From Hydrolagus colliei (taxonomy: Eukaryota), in contig CM068757.1 in assembly GCA_035084275.1 (NCBI GenBank), positions 4,464,001 to 4,528,000 of the forward strand: a DNA stretch of 64,000 nt, in the 5' to 3' direction. The notes beneath the pieces were generated by a model. It saw nothing but the letters and a program-made list of their open reading frames with translations. It was not told where the DNA came from and ran no database searches. A program made the position numbers and the translations under genes. Shown piece by piece: positions 37,026-48,743 of this stretch. Every line of letters starts with the position of its first letter. Position 1 is the first letter of the stretch.

Positions 37026-37599
37026 GTAAGTCAGATTTGCAACTCTGTGATTGATAAAGTTGATTAGCATTTCTGGTTCTTATCATACATTATTGGAAAG
37101 ATGGACTAATTCCTGTATTTTTTAAATTCATTAATTAAAAGACCAGTCCTAAAATTTATTAGGTCAGATAAGCATGTTTTTTTAAACAAAGATGACCTGT
37201 GACATTAATGAAGACATTTCTTATTTGAATTTGTGTTCAATAATAATATCACAGCTACTCAATGGTTATGTGGTTAATGGTGTGGTGGTGGTGGTGGTGA
37301 AATAAAACTGATTTATACAATATTTGTTCTGTAAAAATGCCAAACCACAAACTGTGTACAGTAATAGGGTTAATCAGGAAATTGACAGAAATCTACTTTT
37401 CTGTAGTACGAGGATTATTGAATAATTACTATATTGCACTAGTTGGTTTTACATGTATTTTGTTTCATTTACTTTCCATTGGTATTTTTCCTAGTTAATA
37501 ATCTGGAATTCTAGTCTAAAAACAATTAATGTATGAATTTCACATTGTTCTAAGCACAAAATGAGGATGTGAGTATGTTAATCCATCTAATCTGCTTCG

Positions 37600-38087
37600 A
37601 GCAATTAGCTACTGCATTTTGCCCACAAATATACAGTCAGTTCACTTTACAGTAAATTCTGTGAAGTGCTTTGAGACATCTATAGAAGATGTGAAAAGCG
37701 CTATATCAAATGCAAGGATTATAATTATTATTAACTGCTTAATTGACAAAACAACTTTTGTGCATTCATTGAAAATTGTGGAGTCCTGTAACTCTGTGAT
37801 TAGAGCACTTGCCGTGCAAACAAGACACCTTGGTTTGAATCCAGGCAGAGCAAAACCTTGGGTAAGTTTCCTTACTCCACACGCCTGATAAGAATCCCTC
37901 AAAAAACAATAATAAATTGGTCATCACAATGCATTACTGTTTGTTGGACACTGCTGTGCGCAACTTGCTGCAACGTTTCGCCCACACAATATGCAGACAA
38001 CTCACTTTACTGTATATTCTGTGAAGTGCTTTGAGACGTCTAGAAGACGTGAAAAGTGCTATATCTAAATGCAAGGATTATTATTAA
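37600..38087 (+). mobile_element. SINE 3' fragment (37600-37732) followed by a full-length SINE (37780-38087)
   Basis: Two tandem copies of the tail; the second has the tRNA head ggagtcctgtaactctgtgattagagc. Confidence 0.9.
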
Positions 38088-38744
38088 ATTGAATCTCAGA
38101 CTAAATACGTTGAGTAAAGGTATGCTGTTTGATCCTGAATCTTCAGAAAAAGGCTTCTAATTCAGTAATCTGAGGAGGAGGAAGTCTCCGCATACTTCAC
38201 TAATGCAGTACTGTATTCAATTTCAGTTTGAGACATTTTAGATCTGATAATGTGTTTTATTTCAAGTAGCATGATGCACACTTCGTACCAACTTTAAAAT
38301 AGCTTGTTTGGTAATGGAATCAAAGAATCTTTTATTTTTATTCAATTAAAGGATAATTGCTATCTGACTTATCCTCTTCTGACTCCCAACCTGTTAAGTA
38401 CACAGTGTTTGAACTGGCTGAGAATCACAAGCTAGAGCAGAAGACTAGAGAAGACCAAAGTTTAATCCCGTCTTTAGTCTCAATTTACACTTGTCCAGAG
38501 GGCATGGTTTGCAAGTCTCAGTATGAAAGAAGACTTACATTGATCTCTGCGGAAATACCCACAGCTGGACTGTCCTGCCCTTTTAACTGGAACGAAGGAG
38601 AAAAGGGAATCGTTGTCCTCAATACTTTTTGTTTCCTTGTTTTTGTTGAATTATTTCTGCTCAATCCTTAGGCTACATTTGACTTCTTGATTCAGCTGAT
38701 TTGACCCTGATCTTTCCAATGTTTCTATCTCTCTGTCTCTACCC

Positions 38745-39672
38745 TTGACTCCAGGACCACTGCTGTCCTGACAAACTGCCTGTCAGACATCAAGTCCTGG
38801 ATGACAGCTAATTTTCTAAAGTTGAATGTCAGCAAGACTGAGGCCCTCCTGATTGGCTCGCACCAATGCCTTCACACATCAGGCACTGGCAGCATCAACC
38901 TCCATGGTTGCACACTCAACCTCACCAAGCCAGTCAAGAACCAAGATGCCTTGTTCGATCCTCAACTGCCTTTCCTTCCCCACATATAAGCCATAACCCA
39001 CTCTGCCTTCCCTCATCTCCACAATATTGCCTGACTCCGCCACTACCTCACCCCTCAGGCCGCTGAAACCCTCATTCATGCCTTCATCACATCCAGGCTT
39101 AACTACACCAACAGGCTTGTCGGCCTTCCCAATTCCTTCCTCCACAGGCTGCAGATAATCCAGAACACTGTGGCCCATGTCCTCTACCACTCCATGCTCC
39201 GTGATTCCATCTTCCCCATTCTCGCCCAACTCCCATAGCTCCCCATCACCCAGAGGATTCAATTCAAGATCCTGGTCCTCACCTTCAAAGCTATCCATGG
39301 CCTCGCTCTATCCTACCTCTGGGACCTCCTAACCCCTACCAACCTGCCCATCCGTTCCACTCAGCCGGCTCCGGCCTGCTCCATGTCCCCCAACCAAGCC
39401 GCCACAGCATAAGTGGGCGAGCCTTTAAGCACTCTGCCCCTAACCTCTAGAATTCCATCCCGCAGAATCTCCACCCCGCCACCTCCCTAGCTTCCTTCAA
39501 GTCCCACCTCAAGACCCTCCTCTTCGACAATCTCAAATGGTCACCCCAAATCCCCTCCTTTCCCTCCACCCTCCCCATCCCAGACTCAACTCGGGTCTGA
39601 AACAATGATTGTCCAGCGCCTTGGGATGTCCTCCTGATGTGAAAGGTACTACACAAGTGTAATTTTGTTGAT
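38745..39672 (+). mobile_element. L2-clade LINE, 5'-truncated: end of ORF2 (RT thumb and C-terminal region) plus 3' UTR; degenerate
   Basis: CLSDIKSWMTANFLKLNVSKTEALLIG...VKNQDALFDPQLPF..., AETLIHAFITSRLNYTN, LQIIQN, IQFKILVLTFKAIHGLA; stops present; ends ccagcgccttgggatgtcctcctgatgtgaaagg...aattttgttg. Confidence 0.92.
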
Positions 39673-39984
39673 ATTCTTCATAGGAACATATATCCTTCCC
39701 ACTTCTCTTTTAAAATGGTTTTAACCCTGCCAGGTCTTGGTTTTCTTTTGTTTTCTATTTCTATTAAATAGAAACGTCGCAGCTAAAATCTTAATCGACA
39801 AAACTCGCAGATCAGTAAAATTAAACAGGATAATTGATTTGGAACATAAAAGCAGTTACCATTGCATTTAACTGGTCATTTTACTTGTGTATGAAACAAT
39901 TCACTTTTGCTACTTGACATGTATGATGACATGTTTACAGCACTGTTGAAAGAGAAGCGAGAAATCATGTGCCTGTTTCATACT

Positions 39985-40160
39985 GGTTGAAGCAATGCAA
40001 CATCACCGCCAACAGTAGAGTGGTTTGAAACAGGAAACTGGATACACATCCAGCTCACATCAAGTATAAAAGTAAGGAAGCAGTGTTAAATTTATATAAA
40101 ATCTTGGTGAACCACATTTGAAGTTCTGAGGGCAATTCTCCCCACCATATTGCGGGAATA
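39985..40160 (+). mobile_element. Old CR1 ORF2 C-terminal remnant
   Basis: YKSKEAVLNLYKILV-PHL....QFSP, resembling CR1 LYK.LVRPHLEYC.QFWSP. Confidence 0.6.
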
Positions 40161-40229
40161 GGAGTGGAATTAATGATCTGGCAAAACCATCTCCTCAAGT
40201 GCCCCAGGTCCCGTGAGATTCACTTCACA

Positions 40230-40410
40230 ATCTAACAGCAGTTTGTGGGACATCGCTATGCACCAATTGGCTGCTTTTGCATGCAAAAGACAGTCACTAC
40301 ACTTTGCAGTAAATCCTGTGAACTGCTTTGAGACGGCCTCCCTCACACCGGGAGGCCGTCTGAAAGATCACATATATCAAACGTAAGGATTATTATTTGT
40401 TATTATTATA
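40230..40410 (+). mobile_element. SINE 3' half; similar tail-only fragments near 12100, 16290, 21590(-), 27635(-), 29380(-), 36625, 46370, 52300, 59245(-), 62280, 62470
   Basis: gtttgtgggacatcgctatgcaccaattggctgc ... ctgtgaactgctttgagac ... gtaaggattattatt. Confidence 0.8.
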
Positions 40411-41239
40411 ACTCCTGCTATCAGCACAAACAATAATAGTGTATAGTACAGTGGCCTCCAACCGAAATGAATGTATGCAGGTCCACAGAATGAAATTTCT
40501 GGATATTGAATTATTCGTTATTGTTCAAAGTTTGGTTCAAAATGTCAAACAATGCCCTGCAAAAAACCCTTTTTGCCCATAAGCAGTAGATTAGTTACTG
40601 CACCTGCAGAACAAAGGCCTTGGCAGGGATGTCAGAACAGCAACATCTGAACAATCTCTAAGTCAAAGTGAAATGAATTACGTTCAATCAGCGCAACTCT
40701 GGTCTTGTTTTTCAGTTGTGTGGAATATAAAAGCTCCTTGAACAAATATTACATTTGACAGCTGTTTCAAATATGAAAGCACACGTTTGTTTCTACAACT
40801 TACGGGCACAGTCAGACTCGGTTGAATAAACCCCATTAAACAATAATTGCAAATAGTTACTGCTTTTAATTGTTTTTTTAAAACTTTAAATATTGCTTAA
40901 TGTTGTGCAATATAAGTGAAAAACCTTTTTAAAAATACAATTCATATCAGAAAAAGACAAAAGAATCATACTCTGTGTTAACACATCTCTCATTTTTTTT
41001 GTTTAGGTGCACTGTGTTTCCAGCATTTTATAATTTGCTTCAAACTTCTACTATTAAAAGTGGGTTTTTTTTATTTGTAGCATTCCAAGTTCTACACCAT
41101 AATGTGAATTATTCCTTAAGGAAACTTATTGCTAGAGTAAAATGACCATTACAATATCTTTCTAGATGAAAAGGGTAAAGTTATGGAACCTTTTATTTCA
41201 GTGGGCAGATGTATCCAATTGAACCCCCGAGTAATTGTG

Positions 41240-41455
41240 GAAATCACTGGGAACATTTAGCAGGTCAGGCAGCATCTATGGAGAAAGGAAAGTTAGTCAA
41301 TGTTTCAGGTCTACGACCCTTGGTCAGAACCTGGTTATGGACCCAAAACATTGACTCATTTTTCCTTTCTCTAAAGATGCTGCCTGACCTGCTGAGTGTT
41401 CCCAGCGATTTCTGTTTTTGTTTCAGATTTTCAGCATCTGCAATATTTTACATTT
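41240..41455. mobile_element. Palindromic non-autonomous Penelope-like fragment (inverted pLTR pair) with decayed hammerhead motif
   Basis: Arm gaaatcactgggaacatttagcaggtcaggcagcatctatggagaaagga pairs with tcctttctctaaagatgctgcctgacctgctgagtgttcccagcgatttc. Confidence 0.75.
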
Positions 41456-44400
41456 TTCCCAAATAACTGCCATAGTTACATATTCTGGACACCCTCAACC
41501 CAACCGTGCTAGAAGCAATATCATAACGTATGGCCTTGAGACACATTCATACTGTTGTCATTTTTTTGCTTGAATATTGTAGCTGAATTTCATTGTATGT
41601 TTAACGTTTGCCTTTTCAAGAAAAATTCACATTAACACTGCACTGCCAAGTAAAAGGTGGGGTTATCTAAAATTGAAGTAAATGGCTGATTCTAAACCCC
41701 CTGCCCTTTCTCCAAGAAAGGAAAGCTCTGTATTTAGTTAGATTATCTCGTGATTTAATAAAGAACATAATGTGGTGATGGATAAATCTACAAAGCGGTA
41801 TAGAGTTTGAATCTCTGCTTGAACTATGGGATGGACAATAAACGGCCAATGGACTGCAGATACTTTCTGTTTGAACTGCAGATGGAGATTTAGTCGTGTT
41901 AAAGAAAAACTAAATCCACATGAAGCGTCTGCTGACTAAAAGAAAATTTATTTGAGGAAATTCTTTGCTGTGGCTTTCTCTGATCTGTACACCTTGTGTA
42001 AAAGCGATGAGTAATCAGGGTGGCATTCAGTTTCAAACAAAGTGTAAATATGTGAGGTGCAGGAATAAATACCTTTCAGCTAACTGGTTAAGTTCCAGGA
42101 TGAAATCCTTCTCAAAGCTCATGACCACAATGATGAATTACGATTAATTCGGAGACTGGGTGACACAATATTACTGCATCACAGTTCATGTGGAAAAGAT
42201 ACACACACACACGGTACTGTGTGAAGTGTGCAGCCGCAATTGGCCAACGTTAGCATGGATACAGTGCTGGATAAGCAAAGCGATAGAACAAACTGGCAGT
42301 CGCAAGTCTGTTTACGTAATTGCTCTTAACCGCTACGTGGATTACAAGTACTGTATGGACAATTATGGCCCTTATTCACATTGATTGTAACAACATTCCA
42401 AAGTGCTTCCAGTTTCTTTGAAACTTTAAGATTTGATGCAGAAACGTCAGTGTTGTCTGGGTCTGCACATCAGTCAGATGATGGTAAAGAAGTGTGTAGT
42501 AATGGATTGAAGCCTATCTCGGACATCTCCCTCAAAAGCTAATCCCTCACATCCATTACATACGTGAAGTTGTTCTACACAGATAGATAAGGCATCTGTA
42601 CAAAGACAGAGGATTTCCTCAATTGATCATATGCTTATGTATTTTTAAGGGAAGAACAGTATGGGTTGATGGCAGCATACCAAAGCAACAAAAAACAATG
42701 GCTTGAGCTGGTTACTGATTCAGGAGTGGTGCTACAGTGCACATTAGCAATAATCTTGACCATCACAAACAACCCTCCTCCCCCCCTTTTTGCTGCACGT
42801 TGCATGTTTATTGACTACTATATATGCGGTATAAACTCAGCATAATTGCTGCCTGCTACATCTGTGTAAAATCAGGTGGTTCAACAGCTTGTGTTTCGGA
42901 CAAAGCATAAGATATATATATACTGTATATAAAGTATGTTTCAAGATTTCTTATGTTGCAACCATATTTGCTGATCTCCATTTTATAAATATTTCTTTGC
43001 GTGGTGCTTTATTTTGATGGTATCTGAGAACTTATTTTAAAACAATATTTTGGTAAAGAATGTTTTGTTGCAAAAGCTGTGATTTTAAATATCTTTCATG
43101 TGAGTATTAATCTGATCAGAGTTGTGCTTTGTAATAGACAGCTGCAGCAGCTTTTATTGACTGATAAACTTCCCTGGTGGCTTTCCATCAAAACAATGTC
43201 TCCATTTCAGGCCCAAGCAACAAGATAGAACAACGTTTCTGATTCAAAAGCTACATCTAAGACATCTGAGAATTACTGCTGGCAGGGACAACAGCCTCTG
43301 TGGGATGCTAGCCAAAGACTTGCAGTAACAAAGTTATTTGTAAAGAATCAATTCAGAGGGAATTAAGTGGTTAAAAAAATTGTTAGTTAGTTTCCCTATT
43401 CTGAGGGAGAGGCGGATTAATATTGCACTTGTTCAGAAAGGAAATGTTTCTAAACTCTTAAGCGCTGATCTTCTTATGCAGGATTGAAATGTGGCACAGT
43501 TAAAATAACTTTCGGACCAGAGTATAAGAAGGAATCGATTTGCCTTGGAATCTAATACTCATTGTTGCTATTAAAGAGTTGAATGGCCCTTGTATTTTCG
43601 GAAGTGTTAGATACAGTGTTGTTCATTGTGTCGCATTTTCTCTTTCGAGTAGTGTTAATTTGAATCTGTACCATTCATTGGTGAAATAAATCAAGATATA
43701 GTTAGTCGACACCAACGACGCCGTCTTTGGTTAGTCGATGCACATTGTAGTAGGATGTCAAGAGCTGTAGAACGCTGAGGTACGAAAGAATATGTTAGAT
43801 GAGGAGACAATGGAATTATTTTGGATTTCAGGAGGTTGAAGAGCACATGGAACAATTTGAAAGGTTGAAGGAGCAATGTCCATAATAGGAATTCAGAATT
43901 TTGGTTGAAAAGAAGCACTGAATTGGAACTGTTATATTGGACACTGTGTATTCTAATTGTACAAGTATCATTTTGCAGGTTTATGTTTTAAGTGGATTTT
44001 AGCACTAAAAGCATTGACATTATTTGCATTTGATTCGCTGCAATTTTTTAATGATAAGGTTAATATTCAGGTAGGCAGCCTTGGCATGAGGCAAACCATT
44101 AATTGAGCTGCCTGAGGCCTCAACAAAACAAGCAAAGCAAGTGAAGCAACTGTGCAAATCATCGGATTAAACACAAATCCTTCATCTTTCATGTTCTTCT
44201 GTAAAAGTGATACTGATGTAGCTTTTTTCATTTGAAAAGTATGATAGGTACTAATTATAAAGCACAACAAAACAAATCAGCTGCCTGGAAGATGCTAAAA
44301 TTGCTGTGGCCATTTGGAATTGCTGCAATCAGTTGTAATCAAAGACATCAAAAAATTTGACTCAAGTTACATTTCTGTAAACTAAATTACTGAACCTGTA

Positions 44401-47205
44401 AATATTGAGCCTGCATCAATGTGGTGCTGGATGTACATATGAAAGCCACCCAGGATTACATTAGAAATAGATATGTGCTAGATGCATAAACGCTTGAAGT
44501 GCAACTTTCCGAAAGAGCATTTGGAGGCTGGGTGAATAGGAATAGGGTAGAGTTGATGCATTTTTGTTAAAAAAAACTTCACACTCATATCACAAAGACC
44601 CAATGATGCAATATGCTGATGTACCAATATTCTGGTACAATGTGTTAATCATTTTCCAATGTTCCAGCTTGATGCCATGTGCACTTCTATTATATTTGTT
44701 ACTTTCTTCTAAACAGAATTCTCTTTGTTTCCCAAATTGTATTGCGTGAGATTAATACAGATTACAGACACACACATTTCACCAGGTCAATCTAGAATCA
44801 CACAATTCTTAGAGCATATATATGAAGTCTAGCACCCATGCATAGCTTCAGAGAATCTGAATATATCGGGAGAACATTTGGACGAAACCAATGCTTATTA
44901 TTTTAAATTCCCAACTACAATACAACAGTTATTTTATCAAGTGATAACTTTTGTATCTCAGAAATGAACAATATAAGGTTATACTGTATATTTATAGATA
45001 TTGCTACTGTGATGTGAAAATGCCATGGCACAGGGACAAAAATCATCAAGTTAAAACCTAGTGGAGTCAAAACAAAAATGATTCTTTACCATTCATTTGG
45101 AGTCCAGGAATAATTGAATCTAATGGATTTTGTTATGAATTTTTAAAAAGTGCTTCTTTAAATGTTTTTCCCCCCCTTCATTTGTAATTATTTTCCAAAT
45201 ACAGTATTGTGAAACAGGTTAGGCTTATTTATTCATTTCAAGTTTCAGTTGAACGGAAAACTGTTACTGATTAATTTTGAGAGAACTATTTACTTCAGGA
45301 AATTTTACAGGTGTAAAATTATTAACAGTTAATTATCTTTGCACAATGTAATTTGGGATTGACAGTCAACATGACCGTGCATCAAACAGATGCGGATACG
45401 TCACTTCTTATTGATGTGTGAGTCTCAGCAGCAAATGTTTGCAGCCTATTCACCTGTGAGGGGGCATTGTAGCAAAGCATAATTTCTTCCTGACCTCCAC
45501 ATACACACACTTCTAGTAAGTATCACTGAAGCAAGATCAGAGGAACTCTTTCCCCTTCCTAACCCAAGGTGTTGTAGCCAATTATAGCACCCTTTCGCCC
45601 TGAATGAGGCTTAAAATATTAGGTGGTCACTCAATTTACTTTTGTGAAATGTGACCAGTTTTGATGAGAAACCACATCAAATGTCAGTACTGCCACCACT
45701 TGAAATGAGTAATGACTTCAGTGATAACCTGGCCCCGTCCTTAGAAGTGAAATGTATGATGCTGCCATTCCAACCTGGTCTCGTGTTTTACTGACATATC
45801 AAAGTGAAAGCAAAAAATAACAACGCCATCAAAGGAAACAGCTTGTATCTCTTGATAAACTAGATTGGTATAGTGTTATGTTATATAGTTTATATTGATA
45901 AACTATTCAGAAAACTGACATTTTGCAACTCTGAGCATTTGTAACAAGTGAATCTAGTACACTTCATCTGGGAATATGTAATATATTAAATGTAACACAT
46001 TCTCTGCATTTATCAGTCTGCCTCTGCCTCTTTTAAATAGTATTACCATCAGCGATTATTCTCTTAAATCGGCAAGTCTATTAACTTTGCATTAAATCTT
46101 CAGAAAATAATTGCCACCAATATTTTAGCAAATGGATACAATTTCCTTGCAATTAAATTGCAGTTCATGTTTAAACTAGTTTAACTACAGGGCACTTCCC
46201 AATTATGTTTAATATAATGAAACTATTGTACATATTAACTTAATTGTCACTCAAGCGACAAGTGTCTGATCAAGTGAGGCAGAGGGATAAAATCTTGCAT
46301 TCAACGAGCAAGTTAGATGGGTAGGGAAAATGTGCGGTTTTTGTTTCTCCACAATGATCTGTAATGGTAGTTTTGTGCAATTGGCTGCCACGTTTTGCCT
46401 ACAAAATACAAAGCTAATTCACTTTGCAACATATATTCTGTGAAGTTCTCTGAGATCTTTCAACAGCGTGATCAGGCGCTATATAAAATGCAAGGATTAT
46501 TATTATATTAAACAGCTGAATTATGAATTGAGCAGTGCACAAATCTCAGTCCCACTGCATTAAATTTTATATAATACACAATGGACACCGAATATGCCAG
46601 TTATCAACCGCACATCATTTCTCAATAAATCATTAATCCTCTTGTGTGAGGGTCATCTCACTTTAAGGGTCTAACCATACAAAGCTGTTACCATTAAACT
46701 CCCACATCCAATTAAATGGTACAGATAAGCGAAACCAGGGTGGAAATCTAAAACTTTAATCACATACTTAATTCACTCGATGGATTATACAACTGAAACT
46801 TTGTTTTCATGATTTGTAATGTTCTCTAAATACCTCGATTAGATTAGTGCCTTTGTAATCATAGTCATGTGTTCATTAATCAGCAAGGAAAAGCATATAT
46901 CAAGTAGGAGGCGCTTATGAAAATGAAATATTGTGCAGCCAGTAAAGGCATTTCTGTTACTCATACCGTCTATATTCTCAGGTTATGAGAACGCATGAAT
47001 TTCGGCAGCAATGAACAGCCTTGCGTTCAGCTTCATGCCACCCACTGACACGAATCAGCAACTTGTGTGGGGCTCAGTCTCTGTGAACCTATGGCCCAGT
47101 TCTCTTTCAGAGTCTAATAGGCAGTAACACACAGAACATTTTTGAATTCACAGCATTTTTTCAACTATAATAATAATCCTTACATTTGATATAGCACCTT
47201 ATGTT

Positions 47206-47536
47206 GAGCTCCTGTGGCTCAGTGGTTAGAGCACTTGCAAGCTGGGGAGACCAAGCTGGGGAGACCTGTGTTCGAATCCAGGCAGGTCAGGGCGAAACCT
47301 TGGGCAAGTTTCCTTACTCCACACGCCTAATAATAATCCCTCCAAAAAACAAAACACAATAATAAAATTGGTAATTTCAATCCACATTTGTGGGACACTG
47401 CTGTGCACAATTGGCTGCCGCGATTTGCCCACAAATATATACAGTCAATTCACTTTACAGTATATCCTGCGAAGCGCTTTGGGATGTCGATAAGATGTGA
47501 AAAGCGCTATAGCAAATGCAAGGATTATTATTATGT
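47206..47536 (+). mobile_element. Full-length SINE nested in an antisense SINE tail (host 47167-47204 and 47537-47607)
   Basis: Flanked by ttatgt on both sides; internal tandem duplication caagctggggagac x2. Confidence 0.9.
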
Positions 47537-48259
47537 CACTGAGGCTTCCCAAAGCGCTTCACAGGATATACTGTAAAGTGTAGTGACTGTGTGTTTTGTG
47601 GGTGAAATAAATGTGTTTTCAAAAAGGAAAACTATATTCAGTTTGTACAATTGGTGCAGAAAAAAACAAATCCAGGAAAGATTTAAAGGCCCTTTACAAT
47701 TATTTTTGATGTACAGGTTGTTCTGGGAAAGTAAATATTACAATGGAGTGTTCTAATGGTCAGGTTTATTTTGCAATTTTTCTTTGTCGGCATTATTTTA
47801 AATAGTAATTGATTCTTCAGCGCTCTGCACCTGCCTGGTTCTTGTACACAACAAAGGACTTGGGAATTTGGTTGATTACGTACTTCGTAAAAGCAAACAG
47901 CAGCACAGAAGCCACTGAAGACTTCACGGTTGTATTGTGTTTGAAATGTAACCAATGACAAGGAAGTGAATGAAACTTTGGAATGCTTAAAGATGTCAGA
48001 CTTAAGCAAGTTATGGTACTAAACGCTACAGAGTGAAAATTGTAGATATGTTTAAAGCACGCAAGTCTGTTTTCTCAATGTGTCTGTGCTATTAGCGGTA
48101 AATATATCATTGACATTTCAAATATATGAAAGTGCAACGTAATTCAGATTCCAGATCTGACACACGGGACCCTATTCACATCATCAACTGTTCCCTTCCA
48201 TGTGATCTATCAGAATTGCTTTGCAGTGCCTGTTAATTTCAAAACCTCTCTGTTTCCAG

Positions 48260-48344
48260 ACCTGTTGACAGTGAAGGAATACCATTCTCTACTACAGCTT
48301 CTTTGCCCAGATTTCCCCATGGATCTTACCCAGAAGGCAGCAAG
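48260..48344 (+). CDS. CSTPP1: CSTPP1 coding exon, (D)LLTVKEYHSLLQLLCPDFPMDLTQKAA(R)
   Basis: Acceptor ctctctgtttccag and donor gtaaat; phase 1 in, phase 2 out. Matches human DLLTMKEYHCLLQLLCPDFPLELTQKAAR. Confidence 0.96.
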
Positions 48345-48439
48345 GTAAATTGGATTTGAAATGGTTTATTTTATAAATCTGACCAACATTGTACTTCCTC
48401 TGGAGGGGATCCAGTGTCGAATCAGTGGGGTGAATGAGA

Positions 48440-48743
48440 CCTGAAGTAGTTAGAGCACTCACCTTACAAGCGTGAGATCTGTATTCGACTCCAGGCAGGT
48501 CAGGGCGAAACCTTTGGGCAAGTTTCCTTACTCCACATGCCTAATAATAATCCCTCAAAATTTTTTTTTTAATCATTTTAATCCACGACTGTTTGCAGGA
48601 TACTGTTGAGTGCAATTGGCTGCCGTGTTTCACCCACAAATATGTAGTCAATTCACTTTACAGTATATTCTGTGAAGCGCTTTGAGACGTTTAGAAGACA
48701 TGAAAAGCGCTATATCAAACGCAAAAATTATTATTATTATTAT
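48440..48743 (+). mobile_element. tRNA-derived SINE, near full length
   Basis: Same family; shares the caggcaggtcagggcg variant with the 47206 copy. Confidence 0.9.

Noticed and set aside
38879-39298. Longest track ORF (139 aa, - strand)
   Set aside because: It is the antisense frame of the L2 ORF2 remnant.
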